From Chiloscyllium plagiosum (lineage: Eukaryota): DNA of 64,000 nucleotides. Numbering within the stretch: the first letter of the stretch is position 1; each line of letters begins with the position of its first letter. This document shows positions 49,413-61,935 of the stretch, piece by piece. The notes under the pieces were generated by a model that worked only from the letters and a program-made list of their open reading frames with translations, was not told where the DNA came from and did no database searches. Where the stretch lies: contig NC_057718.1 of NCBI RefSeq assembly GCF_004010195.1, forward strand, positions 61,835,318 through 61,899,317, given 5' to 3'. A program made the translations under genes and the position numbers.

Positions 49413-52400
49413 CCTTCCCCAGTTTAGCACTCTTCCTTTTGGACCACTGTCATCTTTGTCCATGAGTATTCTAAAACTTATGGAATTGTTATCACTATTC
49501 CCAAAGTAATCCCCTGCTGTAACTTCAGCCACCTGGCTCATTCCCCAACGCCAGGTCCAGTATAGCCCCTTTCCTATTTGAATTATTTATATACTGATCT
49601 AGAAACCCCTCCTGGATGCCCCCTACAAATTCTGCTCCATCTTGAACTCTAACACTAAGTGAATCTCAGTCAATGTTGGGAAAATTAAAATCTCCTACCA
49701 CCACCACCCTGTTGCTCCTACACCTTTCCCCAATCTGTTTACATATTTGTACCTTTATCTCACACTGGCTGTTGGGAGGCCTGTAGTACTGCCCCAACAT
49801 TGTTACCACACCCTTTCTATTTCTGAGCTCGGCCCATATTGCCTCACTGCTCGAGTCCTCCATAAGGCCCTCCTTCAGCACAGCTGTGCTATCCTCTCTG
49901 ACCAGTGATAGAACTCATCCACCCCTTTTACCTCCCTCTCTATCCCACCTGAAGCATCGATATCTTGGGATATTTAGTTGCCAACCTTGCCCTTCCCTCA
50001 ACCAAGTCTCAGTACTTGCAATAACATCATACTCCCATCAGACTAATCCAAGCCCTAAGTTCACCTGCCTTACCTCCTACACTTCTTGCATTAAAACAAA
50101 TGCACCTCAGACCTGTCCCTCTGCGTTCATTATCTGCTCCCGCCTACTCTTCCCCATGGTTACACTGGCTTCATGACCTAGTTCCTTACAGGCTTTAGTT
50201 ACTACCTCCTTACTGTCCACTAACCTCTTCAATTGGTTCCCATCCCATTGCCGCACTAGTTTAAACTCTTCCCAACAGTGATAGCAAAAGCATCCCCAAG
50301 GACAGGTTATTGAAGTAACTGTAGTGAAGATTTTAGTGCAGCTTTTCATTCAGTATAATCCCCAAAGTCATCCCAACATACCTGACATTGAAGTGACAAA
50401 ACATATCCATTTGCAGGAGATCTGTTAACTTGCCCCCAAGTATGAAGATCACTCTGGTGTTTAATGAGTCAAAACATATTTATTTTTCAATGATTTTTAG
50501 GAAGAGAAAATAATCATATACAATAATGGAATCAAAAGCATATGGGAACAAAGAAAATCATTTCAGTAAACATTACTGTGCACCCAGTATATTCCTTTCA
50601 CAAGTCCAACAGAAAGCGACAAGCAATTAGTTTTAATGAGAGAGGTGTGGAAGACAGTAGCATGAATTGAATATTCCCATTTGTCGCATACAGCACACGT
50701 TAGCAATTCTACCAACAACACGAGAGGCCAGCCATAGCCAAAGCTTTGTTGGATCTTGCAGATTCTGTTGAGGCAGCCTAAAAGCAGCTGTCTGACCAAC
50801 AATCACTCAACAACTACAGCAACAGGGTGAGCTGAGCTCAGCTCAGGCTGGACAAATATTTCAATCAAATTAATTCATGCAGTACTTCCTACCCTTCTAA
50901 TACTGCAGGCTCCACCTTTCACTTTAATCTTTCAATCAGCACTGCATACAGGTGATTTTTATTCTGCACTGCAGTGATGAGCATTCATAATGCAAACACA
51001 CATGATAGAGGTAGTAGGTATAGATGGCCTTAGCACAACCAAAGAGACAGGATGTTTTCAGAAATAAAACTTTCTTTCCTAGGACATTCCACTCTCACAT
51101 ATGAGCTTTATTTTGTATGCTTTTCTAATCTTCACAGGTTACCTTCCATTTCTTTGTTTAAACAGAACTTGCATTACAAATTTAGTTGCTGCATTTCAAT
51201 ACAAACTTTGACTGCATATTAGAGGCTGAAATATAGATTAATTTATTCAGGAAGCAATTTTAGACCTATATATAGACTATTCAGCTGCACTACTTTAAGC
51301 CTTCAGAAATCAAGACTACACATTTTCGGCAGGTCTCTTAAATAACAGGGCAAATAGTAACAAAAATTAAAGTACCTGAAATAATCTCTTTCACTATCTT
51401 ATTTACCAGAGGGTGTAATCATTCAAAAATAAATGCTAAATTTCCACTACAGTTGGAGAAGGAAGAATTTTTGTGCAGAGCATTAAGCACAGCATTAATC
51501 TCATTTTATTCATCATGAAGGTGCAATTTGATATGTATGGAATGGTTCTACAAAACTCTGAAGAGGAATTCAGTATTTTTTGATAACCTACAATCATTCT
51601 TGGAGAAAAGCCTCCACATCATGTTTAGCAGGTATTTAAACACTTTTTTCAAAAATGTTACATCCATTAACTATTCCATGCATGAAAATAAAGAGAATTG
51701 AGTATGAAAGACAGACACATGGGGGCATTATGAATTAATGCAAGTCAGAGTTACGAGAATAATATTCCATTTTATGAAAAGACTTGTATTCTCAAAAAAA
51801 AATTCGTGTCCAGGGACTGAACGTTTGTGACTGAGAGTTGTCATGGAATCCAGATACATTCTGACTTAGAATATATGTTCTACCAAAATCTTAATCTGTG
51901 GAAAGCATCATTTAACATAATCATGACTTGTGATTGATCAGATATTTCAGTTGCAAAACAATTTGTGTACGATTGGATGATTCTGACTTTGAATATCTGC
52001 AAGTCAATGTAGGAAACGGAATGGAGAAGATATTGACCAAGTTTGATTTCAACATTAGTAACTTTAACAGAACAAAATAATTATACTAATAACCATGAGT
52101 AGCCAAATACTTATCTTCTATCTTTAAAAGGATTTGGTTCAAATAGTTGGGTGTTGGACAAAAGCCAAAAAAGAATTGAATTGCGGCCTGAATGACTTTT
52201 GGCTTCAGTTCTTGTCTGGGCTGTCGAATCGAGAAGACTGCATTGTCAACTAGGGAAGATGTTGCTGCACGAATGGGGAAGGTGGGTGGGGAGAACAGGA
52301 GAAATAAGAGTAAAGTAGCATGGTTTGTCTGATATCACAGGACCATACTAAACATACAGCATGAGAAAGCAGTTACATCACTGATTGTTGTAATGGGAAA

Positions 52401-53647
52401 AGCAACAAAAAAATCACCATAGGAAAGCAGGGAACAGTGCTGTAACCATATTATAAAGAATAAAACAGGACATTTCTTTCCTTATTGTGATCTTAACCAA
52501 ACTGATGAGGGTTTCACTGTATTCATAAGTTCTGAGTACTATGGTCATTTATAAGTTTGAATGTTTCATGAGTGAACTTGTGGAAAATGATGATGTAGAG
52601 TGGAGTCAGAAAGAGAAGGAACATAAAGGGAGAAATAGGAGGGCACAGCAGGAGTAGAGAGGGAGGTACAGGGATGGGGGAAAATGGTGAGTGACAAAAG
52701 GTGGAACAGAGTTAGGGGTCAGAGATGGGGAAACAAGGTGGACAGAGGGGATGCCAGAGACAATGGGGAAAGAGACATGGAGTAGTGGTGGTTTGGGGAT
52801 AGATGGGTAAGGCACAGGAGTTGATGAGAAGACAGACAGAGGTGAGTAAAAGAAGATCAGAGAGAAAATATCAGAGAGAAGGGCAATGGGATTTTGAGAT
52901 CGAGAAAAAGAGAGACACTTCCAACTTGTCTTTCAAATGGACAATGATCATTTAGCTGGGTAATGTTGTAAATTAGCCTTTGACTCAGATGGATCTTCCC
53001 TGCTGAAGTCTGGAAGACTGGAAATGGTTCACCTGTCTCAGGTGGAAAATTGGTTTGAACAGAACCTTGATAAAGTCAGATAAACTTGACATATTAGTGG
53101 CCTTACACTAGATAAGGCAAGAACAGAGTGGAGGGAGGAAACTGATTTGATCATGTGCCAAATCACTCAAAACAGCATTGTTCTGTTAAACTGATTGCCC
53201 TTTTTCTGCATAAATACCACTTCAATCAGTTCTGCTTCCACATTTCAAACACCTGCATAAATCCCTGTAGACAAAGCTCCACAAGCAAGATTGCTCACAC
53301 ACGCACCAATATATTGAAAGAAGAGTCACGTGTGTTTTGACCCACAAAACAAAGAAAATTTCAAACAAGCAAAAGAAATGCTTTAACACTGGAATTCTAT
53401 TTATTTCTAAAAAGAATTCAAAGATTTCCTGTCAATTTCAACTTTTCCAACTTATTTACAATCACTATTCCTCCCCAAAGAATCATTCTTGTGACCCATG
53501 CTTTAAATCTAGTCTTAAAGAAATAAAAAACTGCTTACCCACCCATTAAACCATCAAAAAAAAGTCTCAATTTGGAATGAGTTTGCCAGAGATTCTTAGT
53601 AAATACTGCATTAACTTTTGAAAGCCCTTCCCCTATAGAAATATAGC

Positions 53648-53792
53648 TTTATGACCAAGCTGCTAAACTTCCCATTGAAACAGGAAGTGGAACCACATAG
53701 GTTTCGGCCTGTTGGCAGGCCCGTGATGTCATTTGCACATTTAAGTTCCCATACAGGTTGTCAATCACCACCTCCAGTTAAGTAAACAAACA
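53648..53792. promoter_or_regulatory. Candidate enhancer: dense transcription factor motif cluster in unique sequence
   Basis: ETS acaggaagtg 53680-53689 next to RUNX aaccaca 53691-53697; tgatgtca 53724-53731; octamer-like atttgcac; forkhead gtaaacaaaca 53782-53792. Confidence 0.3.
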
Positions 53793-54559
53793 TTACCTAC
53801 AAATCTGAAAATAGAGCACAAACAAGTCCACACTGGTATCTGAGGCAGGAAGACTTTGTTTTAAAACATCAAATGAATTGAAACAGCAGGGGATGGGAAT
53901 AATTTGTACTTACTTTTCCAGCTTGTGTATAGGCTTTCTAAAGCACCCTCCCGTCTGAAAGGATTTGACACTCTATGTACAGCAAAAAACGTCAACATAA
54001 GAAACACAAAAATCGTGGTCAGAAGAACAAAAAGCATTATAATAACAGAAAACATAAAAAAAGACTGTATCACATATTACGTAGGTTAATGTTTTACCTT
54101 GAAAAGGTCAAGCAATTTAAATTATCAAATTAGTGAGTATAAACATGTTTTGACCTACTCTCTTGCAATGTGATCCCATAACACACATTATTTAAAGAGA
54201 AAACAAAGAATCTCACAATGACTTGTTTGGAATTTTGGTAGAACAATTATAATGTAAATGTACTAAAAAATCCTGTCAGTCCTTATGTAACAAATACCAT
54301 CAGCTAAAGTCTTATCAAAACTGTGAATGGAAATTTTCACATTAGTCAGCTTGAATCAACTAATTTGTTGCAGTCAATGAGAATGAAAGGAGGTCACTAA
54401 TTTGCCTCGGTGTTATGGTGGAAAGCTCCATTACTCATTCATCACATTCACAAACTATTCTATTGCTGTATTATATACAAGAATGGTATTGGTGAAATCC
54501 CACACTAACCCAACTAAACCCACACCATTAATGCTCAAAGCAAGTGACTTGTTATCACT

Positions 54560-55830
54560 CAAATCAGCTTATCAGTAATGGGCAGCATTGTTTTGTGCAG
54601 CCAAGGTCATGTCTTACAAACCAAATAGAATTCTTTGAGGAGGTGACAAAATTGATTGATTGGGGAAGGGCTGTAGAATGCATACACATGGATTTTAGCA
54701 AGGTGTTTGATAAGGTTTCTCATGGTAGGCTGATGGAGAAGATGAAGTCGCAAGGCGTCCAGGGTGTTCTAGCTAGATGGATCGAGAACTGGCTGGGCAA
54801 CAGGAGACAGAGAGTAGTAGTAAAAGGGAGTTTCTCAAATGGAGAACTGTGACCAGTAGTGTTCCACATGGATCCGTGCTGGGACCACTGTTGTTTGTGA
54901 TTTGGAGGAGGCTGATTAGCAAGTTTGCAGATGACACCAAGATTGGTGGAGTAACAGATAGTAAAGGGGACTGTCAGAGAATATAGCAGAACATAGATAG
55001 ATTGGAGAGATGGGCAGAGAAATGGCAGATGGAGTTCAATCCAGGTAAATGCAAGGTGATGCACTTTGGAAGATCTAATTCAAGAGCAAACTGTACAGTA
55101 AATGGAAAAGTCCTGGGGAAAATTGACATATAGAGATCTGGGTGTTCAGGTCCATTGTACCCTGAAGGTGGCAACGCAGATCGATAGGCAGATCAAGAAG
55201 GAAAATGCCATACTTTCCTTCATCGGACAGAGTATTGAGTACAAGAGTTGGCAGGTCATGTTACAGTTGTGTAAGACTTTGGTTCGGCCACGTTTGGAAT
55301 ACTGTGTACAGTTCTGGTTGCCACATTACCAAAAGGATATGGATGCTTTGGAGAGGGTGCAGAGGCGGTTCACCAGCATGTTGCCTGGTATGGAGGGCGC
55401 TAGCTACGAAGACAGGTTGAATAAATTAGGATTATTTTCATTAGAAAGACAAAGGTTGAGGGGAGACCTGATTGAGGTCTACAAAATCATGAGAGTATAG
55501 ACAGTGTGGATAGCAAGAAGCTTTTTCCCAGAGCGCAGAACTCAATTACTAGGGCTCACGAGTTCAAAGTGAGGGGGAAAGGTTTAGGGGAGATATGGGT
55601 GGAAAGTTCTTTATGCAGAGGGTGGTGGGGGCCTGGAACACATTGCCAGCAGTGGTAGTAGAAGCGGGAACGATAGTGTCATTTAAGATGTATCTAGACA
55701 GATACATGAATAGGCAGGGAGCAAAGGGATACAGATCTTTAGAAAATAGGCAGCAGGTTTAGATAGAGGATCTGCTTTGGAGGGCCAAAGGACCTTTTCC
55801 TGTGCTGTAATTTTTTGTTCCTTGTTCTAG
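54560..55830 (+). mobile_element. CR1-clade LINE 3' part (same subfamily as 46412-50304)
   Basis: RSCLTNQIEFFEEVTK, DFSKVFDKVSHGRL, SVPHGSVLGPLLF, SKFADDTKIGG, RLEYCVQFW; tail ttttttgttccttgttct. Confidence 0.92.
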
Positions 55831-58800
55831 AAGGCACCATTTTTACTGTCTGTGATTTTTTAATGCATTACAGAATACAATGGTAACAACCCATAGCAAA
55901 TATAAACATTTGCAGGATTTGTCAGATTACATTACAAACACTAGGCCCAAATATGAAATATATTTTTCACTGCAGTGAACAGAAAATACAAATCTAATAG
56001 GCATAACCAGTGTAGATCAGACACATTAATTTGATACGCTGATCCATATGCATTTTTCAAGACCCTGGTGAGGATCATGAAACTTAGTTCCAGCCTCCTC
56101 TTCTGAAACTAACATTTCAGTCCACAACATTCAAGGAGTCGTAATTTTGAATCCTGGTTACACAAGTCTAAACCTGTGTCTCTAACTCACTTTCAACTCT
56201 TCCAGTCCTTGTTGCACCATGATGATCAATCTCATCAGGAATTGCTGGCAACAGAATGTACAACTGCACTGAAAAGACCATCAGGAATTTGGAATAATAG
56301 GTCACTTTGCCACAGCTTCAAATGGAAAGTCAGGCAAAGTCCATTACAGGCAAGTTATTTTCTATGCATACTTTTCCCTTCAGCCAGGTCATCCTTTACT
56401 ACTCAACCATCACCCCTAAAAGAGAGGAATCTGCCCTTGTGAACTCTTGCCAAGAAAAGATCAGAGCAATTTTGCACTTTGGCGCATCGAGTAAAGAGAC
56501 TGAAATAGCATACTGTGCCACAAGTTCCTAATATGTCTTGAGTTGAGTTATCTCCTCCATCAGAGAGGGAGCTAATGGAATAGCCACATTACCCAGTGAT
56601 CTACAGAGAGGAGCATAATGAGGCAGGATTCCCAAACCTGGTCGCTAAACAGTGACCTCTGCTCAAAAACGAATGTTTGCATGGGCAACAGAATTGGGTT
56701 TCGCTGGGGTATTCCGTGAAGATCATATAGCCAGCAAACACTCACCATCTAGGCTTCTACAGGAGGAACGGCCACTTGGGCAAGGCACCTAAGGGCTTCA
56801 TGAATCACTCCCAGTATGAGTGTCTGCCGCCAGGGGAGAAAACTGGGAAAAAGAAAAGAAGTTTTGAATCAAGCCTAAATAGCCATAAGTCCTCACCTTC
56901 CCCTTCAGAATGGATTGGTCACATTTGCGCACTGAACAAAACAACAAAGTTAGAATAATGTTTAGACCTGAACTTTACTCAGCTTGAGTAAAGTAGGTGC
57001 CTCTGGCAATATTGTTCTTCGTAACAGAGACAGACATTTCAAGAGGTTTGGATTAAAGCTATCCCATGGTGCTGAGCACACTGATGACATTGTAGCAGTA
57101 GCCAGACAAACAGGTTTTCGGCTTTATCTGCTGCCAGAAAATATTTTATAGCTGCTCCTCAGGAGCAGCTGTCTACTCTATACCATGTCATAACAGAACA
57201 TGCACCATTTGTGGCTCTTCACGAATACAAAAACCGGAAAATATTCCCAGCCACTACACAACGGTCACTATAGTACAGGTGAGGTAGAATTTCCATCACA
57301 GCCTTATCTAGCCACTTTGTACCATGCACATAAACTTTGTACAACAATATAATAATAAAATGGAGGTCAACAGTACAACAGTCCATTCAGATGTCGTCTG
57401 TAGAATACAACAGGTCAAACGAGCATAGCTCTATCTTGTGCCCCCTTAACCCCTGTTGAATTAATAGTTTTAATTCAGTATCATAGGACATAAATCAGCA
57501 CGCATGAAGTTTCCCATATTTATGGCTTCTGATTTTTAATTTGTTTACTGGTTCTTTCTTCCAATTTATGAAAACATGTTTCTTTTCATATCTATACCTC
57601 AGCTACTTTTTTCATTTAAAAGAATGATATTTTTCCCCAAAATAATCATCTAGCCAACATGAACCAAAAGTTTTCAACTGTCAGTCCTCACAAATTTTCA
57701 ACTAAAGACTCCACAGCCATTTTACAAATCCTTCCCAATGTTACCACGTCACACATAATAACGAATAACTTGACTTGCAGATTTAATTCCGGTGTTAGCA
57801 TGTTGAATATCCTATCTGCTGCAAGTGATAATAAAAAATTTTTACTGCACAATGCAAGGTGCTAGCCAACTATGACAGTAAAGGCTTCAATAAATTACAA
57901 ATCAGAGAGATAGGAGTAAATACTTGGAGTATTTCCTGCCTGTAATTTAACAAAAGAAAACAGGACAAAAAATTTTCACACAATAGTGTTCCAATCTCTT
58001 GCTAAATAGATAACCAACCCACGTTCATGGATGTAACAATTTCACATTTACCATTAAAACACAGCCAAAAATGCTTTCCAATCATCAATTAACATTTATA
58101 GAAAATAGAGTGCAGAAATATGAAAATACTATTAAAATACAAAGAGATTGAAGATTAAGATTATAATGTGAGCAACATGAAACTACACACATTTGTCCAC
58201 TGCAGTGACAAGACATTCTATACAGTGGATTAGTCCAACATTGCAACCAGTATGCATTTTGAATGTGAAATTTAACACAGATTCTTGTTGCTGGAAAAAA
58301 AAAATGTGTGAAACGCAGTAAAATTGCATTCACTCTCAGACAGAAAAGTAAGGTACAATTATTTCAAGCAAAAGTAAAAGTTTCCTAAAGTGTAAACTAA
58401 GGTTATGAATAATGAGATGTGCAAAAATGGAACATTACTGAAACATCATATATTAACTTCTATATATTCATCAACTGATTAATAAAATGATGAAGGTTTA
58501 CACCACTGCTTAAATTGAGATTTGAAAACTAGGATTAAGTGTATTTGGTTCAGGGTTAGCATCAGGTTAGCAGCATTTCAAAACATTATAAACTGAGATT
58601 TTTCTCTCCAAAGTTCACAAGAATATCACCAGATACACGGTCAAAAAAGTGCTTCAATACCATCATCTATCCCCACAACAGGTTTACCGATCGTGGGCAA
58701 AGGAATGGGGAAAGTGGTCTACTCCAAGCAGTGGTGATTATTAAAAATGATCATTCATGCCAATTTCATATGTACAAATTTCACAAGTGATTTTGTTTAA

Positions 58801-59334
58801 CTGCTGTCACCAAAAAATTTCCAAATTATAAAATAAATAAAATCAACTCTGAAACCCACTCCTCTTGGTTATTGGGCAGACAGGAGCTATATCTCTCAAT
58901 TTTATGAATTTTAGATCCACATTGTCACCTTGACCATCACTGTACCAATATTAAGAGTGCTGACTGTTTAGTGTCTCAGATTGACTGGAAAGTGTGTCTA
59001 TGTGTATCAAATGATAAGTCCCAGACAATAGAAACTATGCCCCAGATTTTCCAATAGCCAGACAGACCGTCATTATTCCAATGTAGATAGGTGTGCAAAA
59101 GGACCCTGCAGAATCCCCATCCAAGCAGACTCCGAAGGGAATGGCCAGGAAATCATAGATTCTGTTGGCAAATTCCTCTTCCGTGAGGTACTGAAGGAGG
59201 ATTGCACTTGTCATAGGTGCCAAATTTCCACTGACTTGTCTGGGCAAAGTCCAATCTGGCCTCCCAGATGATGCTAATGCTCTGATGCCATTATTTAAAG
59301 ACGAGCATTTTTGTGAGCACGATTTCTTCTTTTA

Positions 59335-61935
59335 CAGAGCGGCGAGGAGAAAGGGCAGAGAGAAGCGGGGACTGCCGGGAAGGGTAAGTTTTTTTTTAAG
59401 TGGGTGAGCAGCCAGAAATCGTGGTACATATTGGCACCAATGACATAGCCAGGAAAAGGATTTGAGGATCTGAAAAGTGACTACAAAGAGCTAAGCTGAA
59501 AAGCAGGACGAATAGAGTCACAAAAGTGCCACAAAAGTGAGGTGATGAGTGCAGCTTAACACGTGGCTGCGCAGCTGGTGCAGGAGGGAGAACTTCAGAA
59601 ACTTAGATCATTGGGATGCCTTCTGGGGAAGGTGGGACCTGTACATGAAGGACAGGTTGCACCTGAACTGGGGGGACACTAATGTCCTGGGTAGGAGATT
59701 TGCTTGTGTGGCTCAGGAGGGTTTAAACTAGTTTGGCAGGGGGTTGAAAATCAGATCCACATGTCTGAGAGGGGGGCAGTTGTAGATTCACTACATCTAT
59801 CAGGGAGATTTTTCATGTGATGAAAAAAAGGGATCAGTTAAAGCGTGTCTGCTTTAATGAAAGGAGTGTCAGAAATAAGAGTGATGAACCTAGAGGATGG
59901 ATCAGTACTTGGGACTATGACGTTGTGGCCATAACGGAGACATGGGTCTCACAGGGGCAGGAATGGTTGCTAGATGTTCCAGGGTTTAGAACATTTGAAA
60001 AGAACAGGGAGGGGGGAAAAAAAAGAGGAAGGGGTGGAGCATTGCTAATCAGAGAGTGCATCACAGCTACAGAAATGAAGGTTGTCGAGGAAGGTTTGCC
60101 TACTGAGTCAGTAAGGATGGAAGTTAGGAACAGCAAGGGAGCAGCCACCTCATTGGGGGTTTTTTTACAGACCCCCTAATAGCCATAGGGAGATCAAATA
60201 ACTCATAGGCCAGCAGATTTTGGAAAAATACAGATGTAGCAGGGTTGTTGTTATGGATGACTTCAACTTTCCCAATATTGACTGGAACCTCCATAGTGCA
60301 GATGGTTTAGATGGTGCCATTTTTGCTAGGTGTGTTCAGGAGGGTTTCCTTACTCAGTATGTAGACAGGCCGACAAGGGGAGAGACCATTTTGGATTTGG
60401 TGCTCGGCATTGAGCCACGACAGGTGTCAGATCTCATGGTGGGAGAACACTTTGGTGACAGTGACCACAACTGCCTCACATTTACCATAGCGTTGGAGAG
60501 GGAAAGGAGCAGTCACCGTGGCAAGATTTTTAATTGAAGAAAAGGAAATTATGACGCTATTAGACAGGAGTTGTGAAATACAGAAAGGGCACAATTTGGA
60601 AACTGTTTAAGGAGCAGTTGTTGAGAGTGATTCATAAGTTTGTTCCTCTGAGATAGGTAAGAAGGGGTAAGACTAAGGAGCCTTGGATAACGAGAACAGA
60701 GGAGCTTCTCATCAAAAGGAAGAAGGCAGCTTACGTAAGGTGGAGGAAGCAAGAGTCTAGCACAGCTTTTCAGGATTACAGACTTACTAGAAAGGAGCTC
60801 AAAAATGGACTGAGGTGAGCCAGGAGGGAGCACAAGAAAGGCTTGGTGGGAAGGATTACGGAGAAACTGAGGGCATTTTACTCATACATGAGGAATAAGA
60901 GAGTGATCAGGGAGAAGGTAGGGCTGGTCAGAGATAGCATAGGGAACTTGTGCGTGGAGTCTGAGCAGAGAAGGGAAGCTGTAAATGAGTTTTTTTTTGC
61001 TTCGGTTTTCACTAAGGGACCTTGTTGTGAATGAGAACTTTGAGCAACTGGGAAACAGGCTTGAACAGATCGAGGAAGTTGATGTGCTGGAAAGTTTGAC
61101 AAACCTTAAGATTGATAAGTCAGACCAGATTTATCCTAGGTTGCTCCGGAAAGCGAGAAAGGAGGTTGCTAAGCTGCTGGCAAAGATCTTTACTTTCTCA
61201 CTCTCCACGGGAGTCATACCGGAGGATTGGGAGGTGGTGAATGTTTTTCAAGAAAGGTAATAGGGAAATCCCTGGCAATTACGGACCAGTCATTCTTACA
61301 TCTGTGATCAGCAAGATTTTGGAAAGAATTCTGGGGGATAGCAATTATATTTGGAAAAGCAGAGCATGATTAAAAGCAGTCAGTATGGCTTTGAGAGGGG
61401 CAGGTCATGCCTCACAAATCTTACTGAGTTCTTTGAGGAGGTGATGAGACAGGTCAACGAAGATAGAAGGATGTGGTGTATATGGACCTCAGCAAGGCAT
61501 GGGATATAGGGAGATTTGGCTCTCTGGATTCAGAATTAGTTGGCTGACAGAAGGCAGAGAGTGGTTATAGATGGAGGTGTACAAGGTAATGAAAGGTATG
61601 AATAGAGTCAATAGCCAGAGACTTTTCCCCAGGGCAGAACTGACTGCCACAAGGGATCATAGTCCTAAGGTGTTCTGAGGAAGGTATAGAGGAGACGTCA
61701 GAGGTAGGTTCTTTATTCAGAGAGTTGACAGTGCATGGAATGTGTTGCCAGAAATGGTGGTGGAAGCAGAGTCATTAGGGATATTTCAGCGACTGCTGGA
61801 CATGCATATGGACAGCAGTGAATTGAGGGGTGTGTAGGTTAGGTTATTTTATTTTAGATTAGGATTAATCCTCAGCACAACATCGTGGGCTGAAGGGCCT
61901 GTTCTGTGTTGTACTTTTCTATGTTCTATGTTCTA
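59335..61935 (+). mobile_element. CR1-clade LINE with ORF1 SGNH-esterase remnant, APE and partial RT; large internal deletions
   Basis: EQPEIVVHIGTNDIA (about 59406-59450) and WDLYMKDRLHLN...EGLN (ORF1 esterase); DVVAITETW and DFNFPNIDW...SDHN (APE); RT breaks at about 61575 and jumps to the 3' end; (ttctatg)n tail like the 16756 copy. Confidence 0.9.

Larger units (their letters stand above)
46412..50304 (-). mobile_element. CR1-clade LINE (third subfamily, (agaacaa)n tail), 5'-truncated at the end of ORF1; hosts two SINEs and a Penelope mini-element
   Basis: AIWAELRNRKG...QYYRPPNS...VGDFNFPNID (APE); EDWRIANVVPLFKK..DYPGNYRPV, QHGLEQGRSCLTNL, FDKVPHGRL, WQMKFNLGKCEVFHFG, LEYCVQFW (RT). Confidence 0.92.

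Noticed and set aside
50762..50826. Plus-strand 65-nt exon-like segment
   Set aside because: Weak pyrimidine tract and unrecognisable peptide; expected by chance in 64 kb.
57150..57170. Palindrome agctgctcct-c-aggagcagct
   Set aside because: Only 10-bp arms and no supporting context.
59035..59247. 70-aa minus-strand ORF as a coding exon
   Set aside because: No recognisable homology, no ATG start and no convincing splice sites; more likely part of an old repeat.
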